Origin: Candidatus Latescibacterota bacterium
GTDB taxonomy: Bacteria > Latescibacterota > UBA2968 > GCA-2709665
Assembly (NCBI GenBank): GCA_965222075.1
Contig: OZ244937.1
Location: 1,856,001 to 1,920,000, forward strand
Direction: 5' to 3'
DNA: 64,000 bases
Positions 19,622 to 27,902 of this stretch are shown one piece after another. Within the stretch, counting starts at the first letter, position 1. Each line of letters begins with the position of its first letter. The position numbers and the translations under genes are program-made. The notes under the pieces were generated by a model that saw only the letters and a list, made by a program, of their open reading frames with translations, ran no database searches and was not told the origin of the DNA.

Positions 19622-19775
19622 AACAAAACCAGGACGTTAAAGCAACAAATACTGCCAAAAATACGATCTCTTTTTTCTTGTCCCTTCCACCTGTTAGCCA
19701 AGTATGTAATTCCCAATTTTTACAGCCGCCTTTTTTGTAAGGTCTCCCTATTCTGAAAGGAGCACCCACCTGACC

Positions 19776-21059
19776 ATGGCCAACACAACCCTCTTTGACA
19801 CCTCTTACGAAAGTCGCAAACGTCCTTTGTTGAAGCAAGTACTGAATCGGCTTCGCCCCATGTACACCAACGAGGAACTCGACGTCCTCCGCATCGATTC
19901 CATCAGCCGGGGTGTCCTCTCCCAGCCTTCCGGACGGGGATTTGTCAACCGGGACATCCTGGAAACCGTCCTGGGCAACCTCCTCGAATGCGTGGCTCCC
20001 GGCTCGCACAATGTACTGCAGATCCCCCGGAGTTCAGACCTGGCCGAAGACATCGAAGAGATCGCGGACCAGCTCTATGCCATGATCATCCAGTCCCTCC
20101 TGGCGGCCGAAGGCGATGGCGCCGACATCGAAACCTACGCCCTGGAGACCACTTTTGCCCTCATTTCCGAACTCCCCCGGCTCAAAGAACGGGCCCTGTG
20201 GAACCGCTTCGCCTCGCTGAAAGACCCCGCAGTCTGGGACGCCTACATCACCGCCAGAGACAAATCTTGCGCCGACAAACTCGTCGACATCGACTTTACC
20301 CCCGCCATCGACGCGGCCATCAACGGGCGGGATTTCGCCCCTTACCGGGAGGTCCTCAAGGAGCATCGGTTCGACTTCGCCTTCGGTTATTTGATGCAGC
20401 TGGTCATCAGCACCTACCCCGGCTGGCGCGTGCTTTTCTACCACGACATCGCCCACGCGCTCACCCAGTCTGGCCCCGTACTCGGCATCCCCGGCATTCA
20501 ACGCATCCCCGTGCCGCTCCTGCCCAGGGCCATCTCCGAACTCGGCGGCCGCTACTATCAGGCCGACCTCCACCCCGAAACCGACATCGGTGACGCCAAC
20601 TTCTTAGACCACCCCCACCGGGGCCTCACCACCGGCCAGACCGGCGTCATCGGTTCGGGCTGCTACATCTATCCCTGCACCATGGGCGGTCTCAGCGGCA
20701 AGGTCCGGCAGCGCCATCCCATCATCGGAGACCGCGTCCAGATCGGCACCGATGCCACCCTTCTGGGGCCGGTGCAGATTGGAGAGCACGCCACTGTGGG
20801 GCCCAACACCCAGATCTACGGCTATGTGCAGACCGGCCCGGAGTGCCGCATCGCCTCTTCGGTCGTCATCGGCACTGTATTGAGCGGCGCCAGAAGGCCC
20901 GGCAACATCCACCTGGGACGGAGCGTGCGCGTGGGCGACGGCACCGTGATCGAAAACAGCACCGAACTCGACCTGGCCATCCCCGACAAGGCAGAGATCC
21001 CCGCACGCAGCCACGTCATCAACGATGGATTTGGGAATCCGAGATTCGTGACAGAATAA
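19776..21059 (+). CDS. Serine O-acetyltransferase-like hexapeptide-repeat protein with a long N-terminal extension
   Basis: DLHPETDIG..NFLDH..G.TTGQTGVIG..C.IYP.TMGG...RHPIIGD.V.IG..A.LLGP. Confidence 0.7.
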   Translation: MANTTLFDTSYESRKRPLLKQVLNRLRPMYTNEELDVLRIDSISRGVLSQPSGRGFVNRDILETVLGNLLECVAPGSHNVLQIPRSSDLAEDIEEIADQLYAMIIQSLLAAEGDGADIETYALETTFALISELPRLKERALWNRFASLKDPAVWDAYITARDKSCADKLVDIDFTPAIDAAINGRDFAPYREVLKEHRFDFAFGYLMQLVISTYPGWRVLFYHDIAHALTQSGPVLGIPGIQRIPVPLLPRAISELGGRYYQADLHPETDIGDANFLDHPHRGLTTGQTGVIGSGCYIYPCTMGGLSGKVRQRHPIIGDRVQIGTDATLLGPVQIGEHATVGPNTQIYGYVQTGPECRIASSVVIGTVLSGARRPGNIHLGRSVRVGDGTVIENSTELDLAIPDKAEIPARSHVINDGFGNPRFVTE

Positions 21060-21063
21060 ATAA

Positions 21064-21096
21064 AAGGGGGCAGACCTTTGCAGGTCCTGCCCCCTT
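21064..21096. terminator. Hairpin terminator between convergent genes
   Basis: AAGGGGGCAGACCT-TTGC-AGGTCCTGCCCCCTT. Confidence 0.7.
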
Positions 21097-22174
21097 AAAC
21101 CTGCTCGAACGGCAGCTCTGCAGACGGCTCGCCCGATGCGCAGAACGAAATCACGCGGTCGTAAATGGACGGCCCATTCAGCTCCCGGTAATACGCAAAC
21201 AGATATTCATTCATATACCCCGCCCACTTCCCCCCCCGCGCCTCGGCCCACGCACAGACTGCCGCATCGCTCCCCACAACCCCGTACCACTCCCGCGCGA
21301 GCTTCAGCACCCAGGTGTCCACCGGCACGGCATCGAGCCGCTCTAAGGAAAAAAGGGCGATGCACTTGCCCACCTTCAGTCCCACCCCGGTGCCCGCCAG
21401 CGCCCGAAGCCCATCCGCAACCTCCCGCCACGTCTCCAGACCGACCCGGGCCGATGCCCCTTCCAGGGTGTCCGCCACATACCGCGCCGCCGTGGCCACC
21501 CGCTCGGACCGCCAGCCGAACCGGTGGCGCCTGAAATAGCGCCCGTTCAGGTCGGCCAGCGCATCCGGAGCCGGAAACGTCCAGTATCTTTCCCCCATAA
21601 ATTCAATTTCCCGCCCCAGAATCCGTGCCAGGAAATTGATCCGCCGCTTTGTCAGCGTCATATGCGCCTGCACCGACAGCACGTATGAGATCACACACTC
21701 AAACGGTTCCTGCCGCACAAACCGGAATCCCCGCAGGAGGTCTCTTGCCCTCTGCAAATACCGGTCTCCCCTCGGCGCCCGCACCCCGGGCGCTTCGTCA
21801 ACCCGCAGATACCACCGGAGAAATTCCGGCGCCGCCACCTCGCCCACACAGGTCGCCACCCGACCCGCCGAAGCCCGGTAAAAGACCCGGTCCCCCTCCT
21901 GCCGCAGGTGAAACGCCGTCCCGTAGGCGATCCCCTTCCACCAGCCGTCCACATCCCGCCCCCACCGGAAGACCTGTCCGGAAGCCAGGATATGGCCCAG
22001 GTGGAAATCAACCGCCGCAACCGTGCCCTCCACCGGGTCTGCTGCACGCACCTCAGGTACCGGCCCTGGCGAGGCTGTCCGCTCCTGTTCGCAGCGACTC
22101 AAGGCGTAGCAGACCCGGCATACCTCCAGGCGGGCGTCAAACCGTCCGAGACATCGTGGGAAATTGTTCGTCAC
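21095..22174 (-). CDS. 8-oxoguanine DNA glycosylase (HhH-GPD, OGG1-like)
   Basis: SGQVFRW, RQEPFECVISYVLS, FP.P..LA and GVGLKVGKCIALFSL...AVPVDTWV (catalytic K and D present). Confidence 0.88.
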   Translation of the reverse strand: MTNNFPRCLGRFDARLEVCRVCYALSRCEQERTASPGPVPEVRAADPVEGTVAAVDFHLGHILASGQVFRWGRDVDGWWKGIAYGTAFHLRQEGDRVFYRASAGRVATCVGEVAAPEFLRWYLRVDEAPGVRAPRGDRYLQRARDLLRGFRFVRQEPFECVISYVLSVQAHMTLTKRRINFLARILGREIEFMGERYWTFPAPDALADLNGRYFRRHRFGWRSERVATAARYVADTLEGASARVGLETWREVADGLRALAGTGVGLKVGKCIALFSLERLDAVPVDTWVLKLAREWYGVVGSDAAVCAWAEARGGKWAGYMNEYLFAYYRELNGPSIYDRVISFCASGEPSAELPFEQV

Positions 22175-22366
22175 TCACACGCGCTGAATAAATCGGCTGG
22201 GTTGCATGGACTTTCTTGAAATACAGACTCGGCTTGCTCAAACAGCCTGTATGCTTCCTGCCAGGCTGCGCGATAACGCTTTTTTGTAATATATCTTTAT
22301 TTATTGCCATAAACAAGCGGCATCACGAGGGTGTCCCCATTACGAAAATCTCGCAGAATGCCCCGG

Positions 22367-22395
22367 CCTGCCGAGCAGAACTCGGCGCAGGCAGG
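22367..22395. repeat. Related CCTGCC...CAGGCAGG palindrome
   Basis: CCTGCCGAGCAGAACTCGGCGCAGGCAGG, intergenic. Confidence 0.65.
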
Positions 22396-22527
22396 CCACC
22401 CGCTCTGCGGGTGGTCGTTGATTCGGAGAATTGGTATCTTTATATTGTAAAGATCACTTCTAACTCCTTTGCTGTTTGAGAGAGAGCCATTGTTGGCTTC
22501 CAGGGATAGTCTACAGAGGTAAAGTCC

Positions 22528-23850
22528 ATGAGACAGAGAAGGATTTACACATTTGTGGTTGTGGCCTTATGTCTCGGGGGAAGTATTGAAGCGAGTGTCG
22601 AAAGAGAAAGCGCTGATTCGCTCTACCAGGCAGCCGTGGAGCAGATTGGACGTGTTCCTGTGAAGGAAGGTATCAGAGCGTTTCGTCGTGTTCTGAAGGC
22701 AGATCCGAAGTATGCGCCGGCGCACCATGAGATCGCCAGGCTATATATGGTTCTCAATACACCGATCTATCGCAGTCAGGCACGCTTTGCACTGGACAGA
22801 GCCATTCGTCTGGATCCGCAGAGTGTGACGTATCAACAGACCCTGGGCGATCTATTGTGGGCTCAGGAATACTGGGACAATGCTGCAGAACAGTATAAGA
22901 AAGTGTTGAAAGTGCATCCTGAACAGGCAGAAGCGGCATATAAGGTTGGTTGGCATGCTCTTATGAACTTTATGAAGTATAAGGATATGGAGCATTTGGA
23001 CGTGATACACGCAGTCAAAAGTGTAGGTGGCACAAGCCATCACATGTTCCACTGGAAGCAGTCTGCTAAGGAAAACTACGACAAAGCCATTGCGTATCTG
23101 AATCAGAGCATAGAGGCTGCCCCCAGGTTTCGAGATGCGTACTACCGGTTGGGGCTTGTCTACCTTGAAAGCGATCAACCGGATGGCTTGATCCATACGT
23201 CAGTCCGGTTGTTGGACCAGGTACCGGGCGATAAAGATGCGCTTCTCTTCTGTGGGCTTGGATATCAGTCTACGGGCGATGAAGAGGTGGCTTATGAATA
23301 CTATATCAGAGCAGTTAGCCTGATGGGTCTCGAAGAACGAGCCGTGATGGAGTCGGTGGATCTGATTGGGCGCAGTCGGTGGATCTGATTGCTACAAAAG
23401 AGGAGCGCAAACAGATCGCTCTGGCCAGTGTGCAGGATACCTCTCAGACGTGGGAGGACAGCGCAGTGCGAGCGCGGTTCTGGCGCAGGCAGGACCCGCT
23501 CTTTCTCACAGGATTCAACGAGCGACGGATGGAGCATTACGGCCGAGTAGCCTATGCCAATCTTCGCTTCAGTCGACCGTCGAGGGAGATTGAGGGATGG
23601 CAGACGGATATGGGTAAGGCATACATCAAGTTCGGACGCTATCTGGATCGAAAGACGCAGAGAGCAGATATTGATATACCGATGGATGATAAATCGATAA
23701 GCTCTGAGGTAACGACAGACAGGATTTCTGACGGCCTGGCAACCAGCAGGAGCAGAGTCAGTCGAGCAATGGACGCGTGGAATACATCTCAACAGAAAGA
23801 GACCTGGTTCTATGAAGGATTCAAAGTTGCGTTCCGGGTCCCAATCGGGG
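22528..23850 (+). pseudogene. TPR + GWxTD-domain protein, frameshifted and 3'-truncated
   Basis: Signal peptide, TPRs and FW...DP......NER..EHY.RV.YAN..F...GWQTDMG..YIKFG. An 18-bp duplication sits at 23351/23374 and the TA cassette begins at 23851. Confidence 0.85.
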
Positions 23851-23882
23851 TTGACAAAAGTCAAGCAGAAGTTTTATATAAT
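23851..23882 (+). promoter_or_regulatory. TA promoter/operator TTGACAAAAGTCAA
   Basis: The same 14-bp palindrome as upstream of the first TA module. TATAAT at 23877 gives a long (20-bp) spacer. Confidence 0.55.
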
Positions 23883-23896
23883 ATGGAGGTTATATT

Positions 23897-24274
23897 ATGG
23901 GCAGGGCGATGGATTTGATAGATCGGGTGGTATCGGGAGAGGATGCTAAGGTGGTTGTGGGGGGTTTACGTGAGAGTCGGGGAAAGGATACGGAAGAGGG
24001 TAAGGGGGATCTACGGGAGCGTGCGGAGCATTTTGTTAGTGAAGAAAAGGAGGATGTTATGGGTGTTGTTAGTGGTGCGCTGAGGTTGATTGGGCGCGTT
24101 ATGGGGGGTGCGCGTCCTAAAGAAGTGATTCAGGAAAATACGGATGAGGACCCGTTTCTGGCTCAATCGTTGCAGATTGATGAGGATATTCGCACTGGCA
24201 AGAACCGGATGCTGTCGGCCGAGGAATCCCAGAGGGCGATTGATAGATTGAAAAAGAAGTGGGGTATGTCTTGA
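23897..24274 (+). CDS. Putative antitoxin, paralog of 12325-12543 (second start at 24059)
   Basis: MGVVSGALRLI...SLQIDEDIRTGKNRMLS. RBS present before both 23897 and 24059. Confidence 0.65.
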   Translation: MGRAMDLIDRVVSGEDAKVVVGGLRESRGKDTEEGKGDLRERAEHFVSEEKEDVMGVVSGALRLIGRVMGGARPKEVIQENTDEDPFLAQSLQIDEDIRTGKNRMLSAEESQRAIDRLKKKWGMS

Positions 24275-24588
24275 GTAAGCGTCGGAGGGGCAAGGGGGGA
24301 AAGGATGAGCCGAGGGTTCAGGAAGAGCCCAGGATTATTCTTTTTGGTCTGGCCCTTAAGATGCTGGAGACTCTGCAACCCAATATAGGTCGTTTGGTTA
24401 TGCAGAGGATCGAGGTTCTTAAAGATCCTCTGCATAGGCGGGGTTCGATCAAGATACAGGGGCGTCCTGCCAACGATCCGATGTTTAGAATTGAGTCTGG
24501 AAATTATAGGATTTTCTACAAGAGAGTTGGCTCCGACATTCACGTAGTTGATATACGTCATCGTCAAGGGGCTTATAAGAAGGGATAA
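24271..24588 (+). CDS. RelE/ParE-superfamily toxin, paralog of 11981-12328
   Basis: LQPNI.RL...IE.LKDP...GSIKIQGRPANDPMFRIESGNYRIFYKRVG...IRHRQGAY. Confidence 0.82.
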   Translation: MSKRRRGKGGKDEPRVQEEPRIILFGLALKMLETLQPNIGRLVMQRIEVLKDPLHRRGSIKIQGRPANDPMFRIESGNYRIFYKRVGSDIHVVDIRHRQGAYKKG

Positions 24589-24849
24589 GGAGGGTGTGAT
24601 GGGCGCTACGAAGGGCGGTAATCAGGAGCGGAGGGCTTGCGAAAGTTGCCAGCGTTGCGGCGATGGGAATTGATACCTATGCCTGGTCACCTGTTGGGAT
24701 TACTTTCTCCCGGTCCAATACCGCTACGACTGAGAAGACCGTGATTCTGAGCAGTTCTAAAGGGAAAGATAAATTTTCTCGACAAATAACCATCTGCCGC
24801 GCCACCTCGCAGCCCCGGCCCCAAACCGGGTGAGCACGTGCAACAGCCC

Positions 24850-24878
24850 TTGACTGAAGCAATTGAATGGTGTATCAT
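24850..24878 (+). promoter_or_regulatory. sigma70 promoter
   Basis: TTGACT-17-TATCAT, which implies the ABC gene starts downstream of 24863. Confidence 0.6.
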
Positions 24879-24937
24879 ACCAGGCAGGTGATTGCTTTTC
24901 CCATCGTTTAGAAAATCCCCAAACCCTGGGAAAACCC

Positions 24938-27304
24938 GTGGGAATTGAGCCATCTCAGACATCCGCATCCTCCCTCCACGAAGAGGTCCCCGGGGAGATC
25001 CTTGCCGAGCTGAACGGCCTGATTGATCCGGGTGAAAAAATCCGCCTCTCGGTCTCTACCGATATCCATCTCGACGGTGTTTACGGCTCTGCCTGGCTCC
25101 TGGCCACCGACCTCCACCTGATCATGGTCAGCCCGGACGGGAAGGCCTCCCCCCAGACCGTCCGGATTCTTCTCTCGGAGATCACCGAAGTAGAGATCCG
25201 TTCCCTGTTCGGCGGCGGCGTCCTCAAAGTCCGCACCGCCCGCGAAGGCACCACGGTCGCCTTCTTCTCAAAATCCCTCATCCCGAAATTTTCGAAGGTC
25301 CCCCATGAAATCGAGACCCTCGTCAAACAGGCCAGACCTGTAGACGAGGCGGAAGAGATCGTTAAGAAAAACCTGGACGGGACGAACGTCAAGAAAAGGC
25401 GGTGCGAGACGTGCGGCCAGGTGATTCCCCACTGGATGGGCGTCTGTCCGGCCTGCCTCGACAGGGGCAAACTGCTCTTCAGGCTCCTGAAATATTCCCT
25501 CCCCTACTGGAAACTTGCCGCGTGCAGCCTCCTGCTTCTGCTCACCGCCACCACCATCGGCCTGATGCCTCCGCTCCTTATGAGCGAACTCATCGACGAG
25601 GTGCTCGCCCCGGCAGCGGGCAGGGCCGCCCCCGTCGTCCCGCACCCCCGTACGGAGATCCGGTCCCAGCCCCCGCGTGAACGCGCGGCCCCGGTCCGTC
25701 CGGCAGGAAGCGAGAGCCGGGAAACGCTCGCCATCCTGGTCTTCCTCCTCCTGCTCGTCAACATCTCGCGGAACGGTCTCAGTGCTTTTCGATCCTACCT
25801 GATGGCCCTTCTGGGCCAGAGAATTACGTTCAACCTCCGGCACGAGGTCTACCAGCACCTCCACCACCTCTCCCTCAGCTTTTACAACGAACGGGAGACG
25901 GGACGCATTATGGCCAGCGTCACCCAGGACGTCAACCGGCTTCAGGACTTCATCAGCGATGGGCTCCAGGAAGTCATCCGGAACATCGCGACCCTGATCA
26001 TCATCTGCATCATTCTCTTCTCTCGAAACGCCGGTCTGGCCGCCCTCGTCCTTCTCCCCACGCCCCTCCTGGTGTTCGCCACGATCCACTTCGGCGAGCG
26101 GCTCCACCACGTCTACCACGGCCTCTGGCGGCGGTGGGCGGGGCTCAGCGCTCTTTTGGCCGATGTCATTCCGGGCGTCCGGGTGGTCAAGGCCTTCGCC
26201 CAGGAGAAGCGGGAGGTCAGCCGGTTCGAAGGGACAAGCTGGGACCTGTTGAGCGGAGAAATCCGGGTTGCCCGCATCCGAAGCGTCTTTACCCCGATTA
26301 TGACCTTCCTGACCTCCCTGGGCACCCTCATCATCTGGTGGGTGGGCGGCAACAAGGTCCTGGGCGGGAGCCTCACGCTGGGCGACTTCGTCGCCTTTAC
26401 CGCCTATATGTGGCAGTTCTACGGCCCTGTGGAAAGCCTCTGCCGCCTCAACCACCGCTTCCAGCGCGCCGCCACCTCCGCCGAACGCGTCTTTGAGGTC
26501 CTGGACACCCAGACCGATGTGATCGACAAACCCAATGCCATCCCCATGCCTCGAATCCAGGGACGGGTGGCGTTCTCCAACGTCACCTTCGCATACGAGC
26601 CCGGAAAGCCGGTCCTCAAAGACCTGAACTTCACCGCGCAACCCGGAGAGATGATCGGCCTGGCCGGACACAGCGGCGCAGGCAAGTCCACCCTGATCAA
26701 CCTCATCTGCCGGTTCTACGACTTGCAGGAAGGGTCGATCCTCATCGACGGACACAACATCCGCGACGTCGGCCTCAAGTCCCTTCGAGAACAGATCGGG
26801 GTCGTCCTCCAGGACCCCTTTCTCTTCAACGGCACCGTGGCCGAGAACATCGCCTACGGCAAACCCGAAGCCTCCATGGACGAAATCGTCGCCGCGGCGG
26901 CGGCCGCCAACGCCCACGACTTTATCCTCAACTTCCCGGAAGGCTACGACACCCCCGTTGGCGAGCGGGGCGTCCGCGTCTCCGGTGGTGAACGCCAGCG
27001 CCTCTCCATTGCCCGGGCCATCCTCCGCAATCCCCGCATCCTTATCCTGGACGAAGCCACCGCCAGCGTAGACACCCAGACCGAAGCCCAGATCCAGGAG
27101 GCCCTGGAACGCCTCATCAAAGGCCGCACAACCTTCGCCATCGCGCACCGTCTCTCCACCCTGAAGAACGCAGACCGCCTCCTCATTCTGGACAAAGGCG
27201 AACTCGCCGAAATCGGAACGCACCACGAGCTCATCGCCCGGGACGGCATCTACGCCAAACTCTGCCGGATGCAGATGGAAATGTCAAAAATCAGGGCCTG
27301 GTGA
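24938..27304 (+). CDS. ABC exporter (TMD+NBD) with N-terminal PH-like and Zn-ribbon domains, DUF1854-associated type
   Basis: CETC..CPAC, TM helices, GHSGAGKST, VSGGERQR, ILDEAT and IAHRLST. Start approximate. Confidence 0.9.
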   Translation: MGIEPSQTSASSLHEEVPGEILAELNGLIDPGEKIRLSVSTDIHLDGVYGSAWLLATDLHLIMVSPDGKASPQTVRILLSEITEVEIRSLFGGGVLKVRTAREGTTVAFFSKSLIPKFSKVPHEIETLVKQARPVDEAEEIVKKNLDGTNVKKRRCETCGQVIPHWMGVCPACLDRGKLLFRLLKYSLPYWKLAACSLLLLLTATTIGLMPPLLMSELIDEVLAPAAGRAAPVVPHPRTEIRSQPPRERAAPVRPAGSESRETLAILVFLLLLVNISRNGLSAFRSYLMALLGQRITFNLRHEVYQHLHHLSLSFYNERETGRIMASVTQDVNRLQDFISDGLQEVIRNIATLIIICIILFSRNAGLAALVLLPTPLLVFATIHFGERLHHVYHGLWRRWAGLSALLADVIPGVRVVKAFAQEKREVSRFEGTSWDLLSGEIRVARIRSVFTPIMTFLTSLGTLIIWWVGGNKVLGGSLTLGDFVAFTAYMWQFYGPVESLCRLNHRFQRAATSAERVFEVLDTQTDVIDKPNAIPMPRIQGRVAFSNVTFAYEPGKPVLKDLNFTAQPGEMIGLAGHSGAGKSTLINLICRFYDLQEGSILIDGHNIRDVGLKSLREQIGVVLQDPFLFNGTVAENIAYGKPEASMDEIVAAAAAANAHDFILNFPEGYDTPVGERGVRVSGGERQRLSIARAILRNPRILILDEATASVDTQTEAQIQEALERLIKGRTTFAIAHRLSTLKNADRLLILDKGELAEIGTHHELIARDGIYAKLCRMQMEMSKIRAW

Positions 27305-27305
27305 A

Positions 27306-27812
27306 ATGGAACAACCCTACACCCTGAAGCAGGAGCTCAACCTCCTTGACCCCAAACGCCTCCGTCTCTACCTCGACGAGTTCGAGGAACTGACGGTGGA
27401 ATTGGACGGCGTTCCCCGGCCCGTAACTGCCCTGCGGGCCTTTCCACTGACCGCCGCCGACCAGTTCGTCATCCTCAGGCACAGCGATGGCTCTGAGCTG
27501 GGCGCCATCCGAAACACCTCCGATCTGAACCCGGATAGCCGCAGGGTGCTGGCTGCGGAACTGGAAAGGAACTATTTTACCCCCAGAATCGTCCAAGTCA
27601 ACGCCATCGAAGTGAACTACCACGTCCCCAAATGGGACGTACAGACCGACCGGGGGCCCAGGATCTTCGAGATCCGGAGCACCCGCCGGGACATCCTCAC
27701 CCTGAGCGGCGGCCGCATCCTCATCCGGGACGCCGACGGCAACCGCTACGAAATCCCCGACTACCACCGGCTCGACCCCGTCAGTCAGGGCCTGATTGAG
27801 ACCCAGATCTGA
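27306..27812 (+). CDS. DUF1854-family protein
   Basis: RAFPLT, ELERNYFTPRI, WDVQTDRG and LIRDADGNRYEIPD; directly follows the ABC exporter. Confidence 0.82.
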   Translation: MEQPYTLKQELNLLDPKRLRLYLDEFEELTVELDGVPRPVTALRAFPLTAADQFVILRHSDGSELGAIRNTSDLNPDSRRVLAAELERNYFTPRIVQVNAIEVNYHVPKWDVQTDRGPRIFEIRSTRRDILTLSGGRILIRDADGNRYEIPDYHRLDPVSQGLIETQI

Positions 27813-27814
27813 CC

Positions 27815-27843
27815 TTGACAATCCGCAGACCGGCTCTTATACT
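27815..27843 (+). promoter_or_regulatory. sigma70 promoter of RND-queC
   Basis: TTGACA-17-TATACT. Confidence 0.72.
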
Positions 27844-27902
27844 CATATTAGGCCCTGAGCAAGCAGCTGCTTTCTTTCACCCCCCGCCTTGAGGACCTGT
27901 CC

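Noticed and set aside
24665-24680. GGGAATTGATAC as an IS1595-like TIR bounding TA copy 2
   Set aside because: Only a short match, with no partner repeat or TSD.
25268-27226. 652-aa antisense ORF (likewise 44514-46232, 7174-8550, 35771-37048)
   Set aside because: These are shadow ORFs of well-supported genes in high-GC DNA, with no recognisable motifs.
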